A stretch of 62,916 bases of DNA, the filler included, from Stramenopiles sp. TOSAG23-6 (taxonomy: Eukaryota): assembly GCA_900128565.1 (NCBI GenBank). It is 10 parts of 10 records of this genome, joined end to end, with 100 filler letters (N's around TTAATTAATTAA, not from the genome) between each part and the next. Parts side by side here need not be neighbours in the genome. Positions count along the whole stretch, not along the records: positions 28,635 to 38,054 come from LT636370.1; positions 38,155 to 47,570 come from LT636371.1; positions 47,671 to 57,070 come from LT636372.1; 7 more parts are not named here. One strand, given 5' to 3'. Each line of letters begins with the position of its first letter. The stretch's first letter is position 1. The position numbers and the translations under genes were made by a program. Below are positions 35,401 to 47,748 of this stretch, piece after piece. The notes below the pieces were generated by a model, which was not told the DNA's origin, did no database searches, and saw nothing but the letters and a program-made list of their open reading frames with translations.

Positions 35401-37956
35401 TTTGGTCAGCTAGTACTTGAATATGTTGATCAGTAGCATCAGGAAAATGCGCAGCATCAGCACTGCGATTATCAAGTGATGCCATAAAACCTACATTAAG
35501 TAAAGAATGAGTTATTCCAGCGACACACATAGCAGATGCTACTGAAAGAGCGCGTATTGCCAATAGTACAAGTGAAGATTCAAACATATGTAATAAATGT
35601 GTGGCAAATCCGACATTTCCAAGACCATTTAATCCTGAGACATTATCTACATCAGGTCGGTCATATTTTATGAACCGTATCAAATTATCTTCAAGAGCAT
35701 TTCGATCAATGCACAAAAATCGACTCACTCTAGCTGGAATGTTTTCATAATTTGTATCCAAGAGAGTTTCAATCAAGATAAGTGCAGAGTATTGAATACG
35801 GGGCAGGCATTTAATTTCACTGCACTCCATTAGTAAAGAAATTATATTATTATGAGATTCAATCAACTGGAGTCTCATTGAAAGACCACCTGCTGTTGGT
35901 TCCTCATACGATAACAATGACAATATATTGAGACATTCCTCTGCATCATTTTGCGCATTTGTGTCTGCAGAATCTGAAACCCCACGCATCATATCATCAA
36001 CTGCAGCTTGTACCTTTCTTTGAAGTATACGCAATAATACAGATAGCATAGTTTGTTTAAGGTCAGTAGACAAATTCGCAACATCATCCCATAAAATAGC
36101 TGTGCGATCACCAGAAGCAGTAGAGGACGTATTGATTCGTATAGGTGGACAAATCAATTCCTCCTTTTGCAGCAGCGACATTGTCATTTTACGTGTTATC
36201 TGTTTCCCTATATATTTTCCTAATGAATCACTCATTCCTTTTGATTGAGATCGTTGACGTAGAGTAGCTGGCGATTCTTTAAAGCTCCCAGATGAAGAAG
36301 ATACAAATATATTGTGAAAAATATTTTTTTTTTGTTGAGAAAAAATATCGTTAGGTACAAAATTCACTACGAAACAAAAAACAAAAAAAACAATTTTGAA
36401 AACGTACACGAACATCGACTAGTTACCGACAGATTCTGTCTTACTATAGCAGCATTACACAATATTGTACTTGTAATAGCTGTATCATCATCATCTTTAA
36501 TTGTTTTCTTTTGATCATTTCTGTCTTTACTAAATTCAAAGTTATTTTCTGACATTTTTTGTAAAAGTGGAAACCACTCAGCGGCTTCTTCTTTTGATTT
36601 AAAAGCAAAACTAATAGTAGTTTCATCACTGGTTTCACCCTCCTCGGAAGTTTGTGAATCTATTGAAGCAAAAGCCACATCAATCACTGAATACTCGATT
36701 GAATCAATTATTACGCTATCATTCTTCTGTATAGTACAATTATCAAGGCACAGTAAAAAACTTTTTGTGTTTTTTGAGCCAATATAACCAAACAAGCGAC
36801 CGGTAGTAGAATTATAAAAATCCTCCCTTTGAAGTGATTCGCCAACATCCATGACAATATTGTGCATTTCCCAATTAATTCCATCTTTAATATAGTTCAC
36901 TCTACAATTTGTTGATTTAAATGGTGTAACAAAAACATTTCTAGGAATAAATGAAACAAATGCGATTCGTCTTCTCAAAGTACCTAAGGCAGCAGAGATA
37001 ATTCGAGGTTCACCGCATCGTAAAAAATGGTATAATTCAGTCACTGTTACAGTCTTTTCTAGTATTGGAGTCAATCGCCAATATTGACAAGTTGTAGTCA
37101 AATGATTCGACATGTTAGATGTAGAAAGGCCTGCAACAGCACTAGGAATATCATTCATATTTTTCCACTGTCGAGGTAATTTGTCTACAACAACAAGGCA
37201 GTGCAATACTTTTACAGCTACTGTGTGAACAGCTACTTCATGTGCTCGAACACAATCAGCAAGTGACTGAATACCATTGTTGTCACGTATTTGAATGGAT
37301 AATTTATGATCAAGTTGTAAAAGAAGAAGAAGCGTTTCTAAAGATGCAACACGAGTCGATTGAGGAATCTCCTCAGTCAAACTTCGCGTAAGAAATAACC
37401 ATAAACGCGACTCAATTTTCAGTTGGTATTTGATCTCTTCATCTGACAGTAATACGCGAAGAATGGATAGCACGGTCTCGACAACTGCAGCAGAGTGGGG
37501 GAAATGTATTTTGGAAAAATATTTCAAAAAAAAAAAAGTAAAATTTGTTAGGTACAAAATTTTTATAAAAAAAAAAATCAAATTTGAAAAAAATAAAACA
37601 TACATATCATTTAACATTTCCGTAACCTTACATGTCCGTAATTCATCACGAAAAGATTCACTCGAAGCTAAACATTCCATCAAGCTTGCTACCGAAAAAC
37701 AGGATTTGGGATTAGACAAATGTGAAGTTTCACCATAAAATGTGAAAAATATATATTTTGTTTTTGAATTCGATAAGTACAAAAATTTCTATTAAAAAAA
37801 AAAAAAAATTGTATTAAAAAAAAAAAAAAAGTGAATGGAAACAACATACATCTTTTGATGAGAAAAGTGAAATTATACGTGACAAATGACCAGAGCTTAG
37901 TAAAGATTCAGCGGCCTCAGATGAAGTTTTCACAATCGCTGTACAAAATGAAGAGC
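29457..37956 (-). CDS. Large ARM-repeat protein with PH, PDZ-like and C-terminal FYVE-like zinc finger; 5'-partial, at least 6 exons
   Basis: PH (CGWLYRM..KTWNKRWFVLKDDFLFEYK...WKVIL), PDZ-like (CDILVSVNGRKISNL...IIQRIK) and C-terminal CxxC pairs. Introns 33852-33939, 34486-34576, 36307-36407, 37504-37599/37603 and 37735-37849. Confidence 0.75.
33852..33939 (-). mobile_element. Introner-like intron (TSD AT)
   Basis: AAT GAT|GTACG...CATTACAT|GTT GGT joins two long ORFs in frame. Confidence 0.82.
34486..34576 (-). mobile_element. Introner-like intron (TSD AT)
   Basis: CTT GAT|GTATCTTTT...AAATACAT|GTC CCT is in frame. Confidence 0.82.
36307..36407 (-). mobile_element. Introner-like intron, GT...AT
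   Basis: TCG T|GTACG...CAATATAT|TT GTA is in frame. Confidence 0.78.
37504..37603 (-). mobile_element. Introner-like intron (frame requires the inner GT at 37599)
   Basis: Full consensus. The usual donor gives a 100-nt frameshifting intron; the second GT gives 96 nt. Confidence 0.6.
37735..37849 (-). mobile_element. Degenerate introner-like intron (TSD AT)
   Basis: AAA GAT|GTATGTTG...CACATTTTAT|GGT GAA is in frame. Confidence 0.7.
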
Positions 37957-38154
37957 ATGGATTATGAAAAAATATTTCAAATTTAAAAAAAATCGTTAGG
38001 TACGAAATTTTGTATGAAAAAAAAATTAAATTAGAAATTCATATAAAACATACANNNNNNNNNNNNNNNNNNNNNNNNNNNNNNNNNNNNNNNNNNNNTT
38101 AATTAATTAANNNNNNNNNNNNNNNNNNNNNNNNNNNNNNNNNNNNNNNNNNNN

Positions 38155-39914
38155 ATTTGAAAGATGTTTAAACAATTGTTTTGTTTGTCCATGAGATGAT
38201 TCCTTCAAATGCGTATCAACTTGGATACACTCACTATTATTACCAGGTAACGTAACATTTGTAGGTTTCGTTGGCTTAACAAAATCATCCTCACAAAGTA
38301 TCAATGGAATTGATGCGACACGTGGCATTCCAATGTTTTTATCCCGTCCGTATACAAATAAATATCTCTGAAATACATCCATATCTTCAAGTATCATATT
38401 ATTGACTTGAATTTCTTGTAAATTATCCACACATAGCTCATCATTCTTTTGTGGATTTTTTATATCGACATTTGTATAAAAAACTTTGAATTCTGAATTC
38501 TTTTCTATTTTTGTTAATTCTGAATTCTTTTCTATTTTTGTTATATTTCCATTAGTCACTGAGTTTCTCATAGCATCACCTTTTTTAGTTCCAAAGTTCT
38601 CTTTAATACTTACATTACTCATTATATACCAAATCCCATCATTAAGTAATGTAAAAATATATTTCAATTTTTTTTTTAAAGTTTTGTTAGGTACAAAATT
38701 AACTACAAAAAAAATATTTAAAAAAATTAAAAAATGTNNNNNNNNNNNNNNNNNNNNNNNNNNNNNNNNNNNNNNNNNNNNNNNNNNNNNNTTTGTTAGG
38801 TACAAAATTAACTACAAAAAAAATATTTAAAAAAATTAAAAAATGTTAAACGTACGTGCTCTATATAACACTCAATACCAGGTTTGCGCTTCCATAATAA
38901 TGATGATGAACTTGAACTGTATTTTTTTGTATTTTTTGTATTTCTTGTATTTCTTGTATTTGATACATCACTCATAATTTCCTTGGAAACTTTATTCGAC
39001 TTTATCGTGGTATTGTTTTGACCATCAAGTATCCGGATTTCTGTTGATGTCTTTGAATTTGCATATAATAAAACATATTTTTTATCTTTCGTCCGTTTTA
39101 CATCTAAAAAGAAAGCTGGGTTCGATTCTTCGTACATTAGTTTACCTATATCGTCACTACTATTTAACAAGGAATCTTCATAAATACGATGTGCCATTAA
39201 TTGATATGGACGGCCGAGTTGATCAGGTGATGTGTAAAACAAAGTATAAACCTTTTTGTTCCCTATACTTTCATTACTTGTACCCCACTCAACTGAAAGA
39301 GCATTAGGAATGACACAAATTGTTTCATGAGAACGTAAATCTTTTACATGAATTTGATATTGATCAAGACCAGTGAAATCAACAGCAAAAGCAAGGAAAT
39401 TATGATCCGGAGAAATCGACATACAACCAATGAAAACACCATTGACGTCTTTCTGAAGAAGTATGTTTGGATCGAGTAAAATCTCTTCTTTTGATTTATT
39501 TAAAGACTCATTATTTTTACCATTACTATCAGAAATACGACAACGACAATACTGCAGAAGTTCGCCGCCTGGAATTGCTCGAGTGTAATAGTGCCACCCA
39601 TCTATATGTTCACCAACAGCTTTTTCTTCTGGAGAAATCAAACTTCGCATCTCCTTTTGAAGTACATTTTGAGTATGATAAGTATCACGCATCCAAAGCT
39701 CGGTGCGAGCATTCTCATCTTGAATAAACTTGGATGATTTTTGACTAGTAGGGTCATTTAACCATGAAAAAGGATCACTTTTTTCTGAATTATTATTGTG
39801 AAAGGCTCGATTGAGCTTCCAATTCAAATTCAAACTAGTAAGAGTTTGCAACCTCGAGCGAATAAGACTTGTCCTAGTCATACATTGGAAGCTGCGAATA
39901 CTGCACGAAGCCAT
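38155..39914 (-). CDS. Oligopeptidase B / S9A peptidase with a probable mitochondrial presequence, 3'-partial
   Basis: DPFSWLND...ENART, EEILLDPN, SPDHNFLAFAVDFTG and SKTSTEI. EH|NDGIWYIMSN spans family copies at about 38645-38855. Confidence 0.85.
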
Positions 39915-40202
39915 GAATATTTAAAGTGCTAATATATGCATGCTATAGCTACTAATTTACTATAGTATGATATAGTAGGAGTTTAGGTACCGATATGTAG
40001 TAGTAGTTCTAGCTAACTAGTATCTACTTGCAAAATTATGATTTATTCGAAGTTCGAAGTTCGAAACTTGTCAATTTGTTCACGCTGACTTGATCAGACC
40101 CAAGCTTGCTATATAGTAGGTACTAGCGCTAGCATCAACAAAATAGGTAAGAGTAGAGTTGAGTTGAATCAAAACTTCTGAGAGTGTACCGATCTAATCA
40201 CA

Positions 40203-41291
40203 ATGACAAGAAAGAAGAGCAATATAAATAAACGAGAAAAGAAGCTTGCATCTCGCCAAGCTAAAGCCGTATCGGTAGATAAGTTGAACGCTTTTTCTGC
40301 CTTTGCATCGGACAGTGAAGATGATTTGGAGGTCAAAGCAGCAGAGGTTGAACGCGAAAAAAAAGCTAATAAGAATAGAAGGAAACGTGAACTTCGAAAA
40401 TTAGCAAGAGGAAAAGCAAAGGAATTACAAGACTGTATGGTTATTGGAGCTTCAAGGAAGAAAAATGTAAAAAAAACAGTCCTGAAGGGAAAAAAAAAAA
40501 TAATTGACGTGACTGAGTCTGTGACTGAACAGAAAACACAAAACAATCAAGAATTACAAAAAACACAAAAATCACAAGAACCAAATGCACAACAAAATGT
40601 TCCTCAGTTGATTGAAGAAGATAAAAATACTTTCTCTGTATACCAACAATGTCATCCAATTACTGATGATGTAAAACTTCAACCAATTACTGTTAATCCT
40701 AATCAAATACCTATTTCATTACAGTTAAGTGAAGCACTCATCGAAGTCGAACGATTACGACTGGAAAATACTACATTACATACTAAAGTTTTGAATGAGA
40801 CTTCAAAGTTTGAAAATACACGTCAACAATTATTCATTGCGTTAAATTTGAACAGAGAACTTCAAAGTCGTCTTCAGACAGTAGTTACAGAAAATTCAAC
40901 TTTAAAGGAATTGTTACATACTTATAATAATCTATCAACGCAAACTAACCAATCTTATACTGTCGGATCTCTTGAAAATATTTGTACCGTTAATAGTCAA
41001 AACTCGATGAATGAAGGACAAAATTGTCAAATTAATAATAACGAAAGTGGAGAAAGACAAAATAGTAAACTATTTTTTTCAACTTCTGTCACACGAAACT
41101 CTAATTCTAACAATGGTGAAAGAAATCATTCAACTTCTGTCACACGAAACTCTAATTCTAACAATGGTGAAAGAAATCATTCGAGACAAAATCATAGTTC
41201 TTTCAGTAGTCGCAACAAATACACTTTCAATCAATCAAAAAAAGTGCAAGACAGTGTTGCAGATAAAATAAGTAATTGGCGTAGTAAATGA
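40203..41291 (+). CDS. Hypothetical coiled-coil protein
   Basis: 362-aa ORF; 51-nt duplication STSVTRNSNSNNGERNH x2. Confidence 0.55.
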   Translation: MTRKKSNINKREKKLASRQAKAVSVDKLNAFSAFASDSEDDLEVKAAEVEREKKANKNRRKRELRKLARGKAKELQDCMVIGASRKKNVKKTVLKGKKKIIDVTESVTEQKTQNNQELQKTQKSQEPNAQQNVPQLIEEDKNTFSVYQQCHPITDDVKLQPITVNPNQIPISLQLSEALIEVERLRLENTTLHTKVLNETSKFENTRQQLFIALNLNRELQSRLQTVVTENSTLKELLHTYNNLSTQTNQSYTVGSLENICTVNSQNSMNEGQNCQINNNESGERQNSKLFFSTSVTRNSNSNNGERNHSTSVTRNSNSNNGERNHSRQNHSSFSSRNKYTFNQSKKVQDSVADKISNWRSK

Positions 41292-41343
41292 GTTTTATTT
41301 TCTATAATAAATTGTAACATTATATGCTGTTGATTATTTGTGC

Positions 41344-44281
41344 TTAATTTCTTACTTGTATGACAGGCACAATGCTTTGAACCATGGCTTCTGCGGCAGC
41401 TTCAAGTGCATTATAGTTTCCCTTTAAACGGAGCCATCCACCTGTTTTTATCATTGCCTTTTCTATTTTTTTATTTTTTAGTGAAAATTTATCTATAATA
41501 ATATCATCCTCAAAGACACAAGATGCGCCAATTCTTGTAGGCCCTGAAGAACTCACTAGCTCATACAAACCAATAAATACATGATTATTTACACACCCAC
41601 AATAACAAATATATTCCAGGCTTCCACCAGAACGATAAGGCGTTGAACAGCGCAGTCTTGAGTGTGCAATTTTTCCATCATCAGACACAAAATGCTCCCC
41701 AGCACCAGTCCGCAATGTAGAATGAAGAGCCAAAGCAAGACCAGATGTCTGCGAATTTATTAAATCTGTATTTTCATCCAATGAAGGATCTATTTGCAGT
41801 TGATGTAATGCCCCTAATGAATGTATGCGAGGTTGCGAGTAACCTTCTTTGTTTTTCTTTTCGTGTTTTTGGATAACTACAAGATTTTGTAATAAAGACT
41901 TCCATATAGGTGCAGCACTATTATTCTTTTGTTCTCTTACTTGCTGTGTAGTCGAAGATAAACAAAGAGAATCAATATGTTTGACTAGTTGTGATACTTT
42001 GCTAGTGCAAGAATCTGCTGGTAAAAAGNAGCAGAAGTCCCGAACTTGATATTTTAGAGTAAGGCTGCATCCTGAAGAAGAATAGACTACACTAGTTTCG
42101 GGTGTTTTGTTTTTACTAACAGCTTTTAAATCCAAATATGCAGAATAATATGCTTCTAGTAGTGTAGATGCCAATGAAAGCTTATCGTGCACACTTGTCC
42201 ATTGTTGGATTTTGATAGCGCCATCTCCTCCTGTAGATGACACTGAATGTCCCAATAATGAGCAATACTTTTGAATAATAATAATTCCTATACGAATTGC
42301 TGATATAATTGCTGATTCATTTGGCACATTTACATCCAATGAATAATGTGTGTCTTTTCCTTGTATAATTCCATCAATCAGTGGAATAGTAGAAGCATCT
42401 AAAAGTACATTCGCATACTTACTTTTGACAGAATCTAAAGAAATTTCTCCGATGTTTTTGGATGTTTCAATATAATTACTGTCATCAGACAAAATGTTTT
42501 CATGGAGATCTAATGTATTTTGGAAAAATATTTGAAAAAAAAAACCGTTAGGTACAAAATTCCGTACGAAAAAAAAATTTGAATTTGAAAAAAAAATAAA
42601 ACATACATGCGTGCTTATTAGCAATGACGCTGGCTGATTTTATAGTAGTATCAGAATGTGTCGATAAAAACGCAGATCCTACAAGCAAAACTTCTACCAA
42701 AGCTTTTATTCCAGTAGCATTTGTTTTCGATAAAACACTATGAAAATAAGTTTTGTTATGTTTCTTATTTGGAGTTCTAATATTGTTATGTGCTGTTGTA
42801 GTGACATGTATTAGAACAACAGATTTGTCTGCTCTGGACACATTTACTTCAACATTTATAGGATAGAGAATTTGTTCTTGGACACACGAAATATTACTTG
42901 AAGAATTATTTGAAGTTTTTACGTGTACAGCCTGTGAACTAAAACTACTAGTTTTGCCAGTACTACTGTTATTAGTTGTCTTGAGCCCAGGTAAATGCAG
43001 TGTTTCTTTGAAAAGTATCACATTCCCATCAATATTACTATCTTGTATGACTTCACTGACATGTTTCACATTATCCTTAACTATAAATGTATCATTTGTG
43101 TCACTGCTATGCTCAGAAGAGGAATTATCAAAAATATTTTCATGCTTCTGATACCCATTTAAAGCTGTGGATGGCCTTATTTCAGCATTTTCCATATCCA
43201 AATTGATATTATAAATCTCCTTCTGCAAGCTTGAGTTATTAAACGATGTTACAGGGCGTTTTCTTCGTTTTGACCAGCTGTGTCCTGCAGCGGGTGAAGT
43301 TTTAAACATTGAAGGGCCCCGCATTGACATAAATTGGTTAAATTTTAGAGATTCATTAAGTAAACTTGTTTTCATTTTACCTTGATTTGTATTAGGAGTA
43401 TTATATTTACTTTTAATCTTGTTCTTTAAAAGAGAGTCAAATTGTTCCTGACCTGGAATGTTATTCAAATATAGAGTTTCAGTAGTTGCTTCTTTATTCG
43501 TTGAACTATTTGCTGAACTAAAGGATGAAAATGGAAATTTGCCTCGAGATGTTGAACTCCTAATACTTGAATGAGGTGATCTACGATTTTGTCTTTGTCG
43601 TAGGATAATTCCACTACTTGAAGTACTACGGTACCCAGGCAAACCTCTAATCGATTCTGTAAAAGGAGAAGTTGATGGCGCTGAAGAAAGCCCTGGAGCT
43701 GGAGAGCTTTGGTTTACTCTAGAAAATAATCTTCTATATCTCTTATAACTTTTCTTTTCGTGTTCACTGCGGGGCTGGTAATATGAAGACTGTTTTTTAA
43801 TTCCACGCAAAATCTTCGCGTTACGCTTCTGCATATTTTTGACTTGCCAATATTTGGTTCTCATTTTTGCAAATGCACGAGCTTCATGAGGTAAATCTGT
43901 TGGTTTTCGATCTAAACCACTACCAGTTGCTCGAAGACGCTGTAACATGACTGTATTTTCATGATCAAGTTTTTTTTTCATATACTTTTTTTCTTGAGCT
44001 TTTTTATTGAGATGACAAGAAGGAAATCTTATAGGAGGCGAATTATCGAAACCTCTACCTCCTGCTCGTGATACAGCACCATCAATCATTCCTCGATATC
44101 GACGCTTAGCTTTTGTAAAGATATCCCGTGATAACTGATCTTTGCCTGCACATCCTGTAACAAGCGCATCCCGATTCATATTGGAGTATAATTGAGAAAC
44201 TGTGTATACTACGTACAAATCAAATCTTCTTTGAGGAATAAGGGTACCGTACTTGTAACTGTAAAAATCAATGTCGCGCAA
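41344..44281 (-). CDS. CFAP97/Hemingway (KIAA1430)-like N-terminal domain protein, 2 exons
   Basis: DNSPP...LDHENTVMLQRL...QKRNAKILRGIKKQSSYY resembles the KIAA1430 domain (recalled pattern, not searched). Intron 42513-42606. Confidence 0.5.
42513..42606 (-). mobile_element. Introner-like intron (TSD AT)
   Basis: GCA T|GTATG...AAATACAT|TA GAT joins the 577-aa and 426-aa ORFs in frame. Confidence 0.82.
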
Positions 44282-44370
44282 ACATGCTTTGCTAGCCGAG
44301 TCAAATCTGAATCCATCGATCGATCAGGGCGGCCAGGAATTATCTGAATTGTATTAGCACAGCAACAAAT

Positions 44371-45266
44371 ATGAGTATAGCTATTCGCTCGTCGTTTTTG
44401 AAAGTATCCAGTTATTACCGCCAACCGTGCCGTTTAGCATCTTTCCGACACCTGAGCAGTTACAGTGGAGGACGCCGTGCAGATGACCCACTCAATAACC
44501 CCTTTGGNNNNNNNNNNNNNNNNNNNNNNNNNNNNNNNNNNNTGATGATCCTCTAAATAATACCTTTGGTGGAGGCAGTCAGTTTACAAGTGGAGGGAAC
44601 CCTAATACACAAGGAGAAAATCCTAATTATTTTAATAATGGGGATGGTGCAGATTCAAATAAAACCAACGAGTCGAAACAGAGAGCTAGAAAAGGACAGA
44701 AACGTCCTAGTGACTATTCTGTTCTTGAGGATGACGAGGCAAAAATACGTATATTAGGTTATCAGTCCGGTGGATTTCGCATCCACATGGGAACGCCATT
44801 TGATGTTAAGGGATCTATGGCTGCGACAAATGATATTGCCCTATGTTGGGCTGTCAACTCTCATGAAGACATTACCTGGGAAAGTCTAGCTATTGTTCGT
44901 TGTTTGAATCCTACTCCAGATTTAGTAATTATAGGCACTGGTGAAGAGACCAAACAATTAGACCCCGATATAGTACAACGATTAGCAGATGAGTGTGGTA
45001 TAAATGTTGACGTATCAAGTACTATCAATGCAGTTGCGACGTTTAATTTTCTTGGAGCACAGGAAGTATGTTTTATTTTTTTTTCACGAAATTTTGTACC
45101 TAACGATTTTTTTTTGAAATATTTTTCTAAAATACAAGGTCGATATGTAGCTGGTTGCTTTGTTGCGTTACCATTTTCAGAAACTACTTTGGATCAAGAT
45201 AGAAAAGCCGAGTCTCGTCGTCTATCTCAACGGCCTCATAATTTGCCGTCTACATTTACAAAATAA
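44371..45266 (+). CDS. NDUFAF3: NDUFAF3/Mth938-domain complex I assembly factor
   Basis: Mitochondrial presequence-like start; PTPDLVIIGTG and TINAVATFNFL..QE|GRYVAG. Confidence 0.8.
45066..45137 (+). mobile_element. Introner-like intron, GT...TAC-AA (TSD AA)
   Basis: CAG GAA|GTATG...AAATACAA|GGT CGA restores the conserved EGR. Using the AG one base further would frameshift. Confidence 0.85.
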
Positions 45267-45382
45267 AAATATATAATAAAGATGTAGGAAAAGCTGACGT
45301 ACTTTTTAAAATATAAAAATATATAATAAGATTTTATAGAATTAAAGCAAAAGTACTTTTTTAAATAGTCCATTTGTTTTTT

Positions 45383-47516
45383 TCATTTTCCAAATGTTTT
45401 TCCTTTGCCACTCCCAAATTTATCATTTGAAGAACAAGATGAACGTGTTCGTGCCAACCCTGTCGACTTGCTGCCTTCCCGGTAATACTCTGGTACGACA
45501 TATGAATTTGCTAGCATTTCTGCAGACTGCTCACACTGTGATTGTCCATGTATTTTGAAAAACTATATCAAATTCGAAATTCGTTAGGTACGGAATTTGG
45601 TACAAAATTAGATAAATTTTAAATTCATGATGAAAACGTACATGTTGAGGAATTACTTTTGCTATATGAACAGATAATCTCCTCATCTCTGCTCTACTTC
45701 TTCTTCTTCCTTTGCTCTCTACTTCTGTCATTTCAATTGCAACGTCACTTTTATCGCTGGGTTGAAGGACGTTGCCCTCATCATTTAATACGATGTTTTT
45801 ATTTTTTTCTGCTTGCTCTAATTGCGCTATTAAATCTTCTTCTGAGGCGTCATCTAAAAAAATATCACGTACGATATCAGATAGCATTGGAAAACGTTCA
45901 ACTCTTGCAATATTTGGCACATAATTCATTGCCACAATAACAGTGAATAGTGTTAGTAAAATAAGCCAATAAATTGGACGTTCGCCTACACGTTTTAGAA
46001 TATTATGCCACTGAAAATCACTCACAACAATTTCAACTATTTCTTGGCATAAAATGAATGACAATAATCCAAACCAAACGAATATATGAAAGTACCAGTT
46101 TTGTTCCCACGTACAGTAATAAATTTTTAGACTTGAAAATAAAAGAACCATCGAGTAAATGGTGAATCCAAGCTCATACACTGATGGGGAGTCACCAAGC
46201 GGCATACAGTGCCAGAGTGCATATATGGGAATAAGAGAAATTACACATGACATGACAAATGCTTCCATATTCCATTTCCAAAATACTTTTAGTGAAAAGA
46301 ACCCAACTTGCTTTGAATAACGATATAGCTCAGGAATTTTTTCTATTAATTCACTTCGGACATCTCGATCTAAAATACCAAGGACTAAAATCGGAAGCGC
46401 AGTATAAAATGTATTATACGGTTGGATTTCAGACCATTCATTGTAAATTTGAACACCTGAAAATCCAGCATACCATTGCCACCAAAACTGGGCAAGAACC
46501 AGCATTATATTTTTGTAAAACATATAAGGAATGACCACTGACATTCTCATGTAATTAAATCGTCCATGAACAAGCAGAAGNNNNNNNNNNNNNNNNNNNN
46601 NNNNNNNNNNNNNNNNNNNNNNNNNNNNNNNNNNNNNNTTGCATTCCTTCGCAGCCAATAAGACCGATACCAATGTGAGCTTTTTTTATCATTTCTACAT
46701 CATTTGCACCATCTCCGATTGCAAGCGTAACAGAATTTTGAACTCCTTCTTTTATCAATGCAACCAGTCTTGCTTTTTGATCTTTTCGAGCCCTGCAAGC
46801 GACAACAGCTTTGCATTGCACTGCTAATTCGAGTAAGTGTTGTTTTGTCTTAGGATCGAATAAGAGAAAATCGATTGCTTTCTCATCAATAATTAAAGCT
46901 AACGTTTCGCTCGGTTGACCGGTATGTTGCAATTCTTTCATCAATAATAATTCATGTTCCAACCATTCTTGCATAATAACAAGTCCAGGAAATTCAGCCT
47001 GGAGTGATGCCAGAATACCTACATCTCCCTTTGAAAAAGAACGCTGTGCTTTTTCCAGCCTAGTGAGTGTCAGGTCAGTAAGTCGTTTACCTCGTATTTT
47101 CACACCTTTTTTTTCCTCGCGTTCGTGATAGCTTACAATATGTGGTTGAGTTAAAGTAATCCAACGCATCTTAGGCTGTGGCAGGAGCAGCTCACACGCT
47201 TGTGCAATATTCATGGCAGTTCCCACTCGATCTCCTGTGATCATCCATACATTTACACCAGCTCGTCCAAGATTGCGAAGCGTGCGAGGTACATAACGTT
47301 GCAATTTATCTTCACAGGCTGTTGCCCCTTGTAAAAACCAATCTCTTTCTAATTCATCAATTACGTCAGAGATTTTATTTGGTTTATGCGCTTTGTACTT
47401 TTTCTTCTCTATAGGATCTGAAGCTACCAAAGCGTATTTTTCGTGCCATGCAGCAAATTCATCGAGACTAATTTCTTTATACGACATACACAGTCCACGA
47501 AGAGCATCGGCTTCCC
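45383..47516 (-). CDS. P4-type ATPase (phospholipid flippase), C-terminal half
   Basis: GATACEDKLQ, WMITGD, LAIGDGANDVEMI and LLVHGRFNY..YMFYKN. Intron 45548-45641. Confidence 0.92.
45548..45641 (-). mobile_element. Introner-like intron (TSD AT)
   Basis: CAA CAT|GTACG...AAATACAT|GGA CAA, open to TGA at 45383. Confidence 0.75.
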
Positions 47517-47748
47517 ATGTATTGTGAAAAAATATTTCAAAAAAAATCGTTAGGTACAAAATTTCGTACGNNNNNNNNNNNNNNNNNNNNNNNNNNNNNN
47601 NNNNNNNNNNNNNNTTAATTAATTAANNNNNNNNNNNNNNNNNNNNNNNNNNNNNNNNNNNNNNNNNNNNTTTTTTCAAATTCGATTTTTTTTTCGTACG
47701 AAATTTCGTACCTAACGATTTTTTTTTGAAATATTTTTTCAAAATATA

